Below are positions 63,975 to 64,000 of a stretch of 64,000 bases of DNA, in pieces. The number at the start of each line of letters is the position of its first letter. Within the stretch, counting starts at the first letter, position 1. The stretch is from Thermogemmatispora carboxidivorans. Lineage in GTDB: Bacteria > Chloroflexota > Ktedonobacteria > Ktedonobacterales > Ktedonobacteraceae. The notes under the pieces were generated by a model. It made no database searches. It saw nothing but the letters and a program-made list of their open reading frames with translations, and was not told where the DNA came from. The DNA lies in the NCBI RefSeq assembly GCF_000702505.1, contig NZ_JNIM01000001.1, positions 4,686,327 to 4,750,326 on the forward strand, given 5' to 3'. Made by a program: the position numbers and the translations under genes.

Positions 63975-64000
63975 TGGGTCAACCGTCGGACCTACCAGGG

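Overview
High-GC (about 60-65%) bacterial chromosomal segment with long, generous intergenic regions and most genes on the minus strand. The content is core housekeeping plus aerobic central metabolism rather than a mobile island. In coordinate order: (i) the str/rpo cluster on the minus strand (rpoB, rpoC, rpsL, rpsG, partial fusA), with an anomalous ~1.47 kb apparently non-coding spacer between rpsL and rpsG. (ii) An Rrf2 regulator, receiver protein and cysK operon, with a ResB-like cytochrome c biogenesis gene upstream. (iii) An M29 aminopeptidase, methyltransferase, WD40 protein and MogA-like gene. (iv) The most unusual unit: a Rad50/SbcC-like coiled-coil ABC ATPase translationally coupled to a putative NurA-like nuclease (not Mre11/SbcD), followed by a CpXC zinc-ribbon protein. 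(v) Two tandem paralogous lipoproteins, an SPFH protein, a PSP1/RicT-like protein, an ANTAR response regulator and a DAHP synthase with a structured leader. (vi) A DUF336/GlcG-like gene, F420-type LLM and PPOX genes, and a PAS histidine kinase. (vii) Menaquinone genes (ubiE/menG, menA) and glpD with a ~670-nt leader and an upstream GlpP antiterminator. (viii) A second GlpP paralog next to a ptsH-dhaM-dhaL-dhaK operon driven by a textbook sigma-54 promoter, with three inverted-repeat upstream sites and an adjacent sigma-54 enhancer-binding activator. (ix) cydDC-cydAB, tRNA-Asn(GTT), a GntR/UTRA regulator, a DUF302 gene and a divergent ArsR and rhodanese pair. No CRISPR array, transposase or integrase was seen. 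Many long plus-strand ORFs in the track are antisense artefacts of high-GC minus-strand genes. The ORF track reports TTG/GTG starts as M, so several true starts lie internal to the listed ORFs; coordinates below are adjusted from the sequence where possible. Taxonomic origin cannot be fixed from sequence alone. The long beta-prime insertion, F420-type enzymes and gene content are compatible with a Chloroflexota/Thermus-like high-GC lineage, but this is inference.
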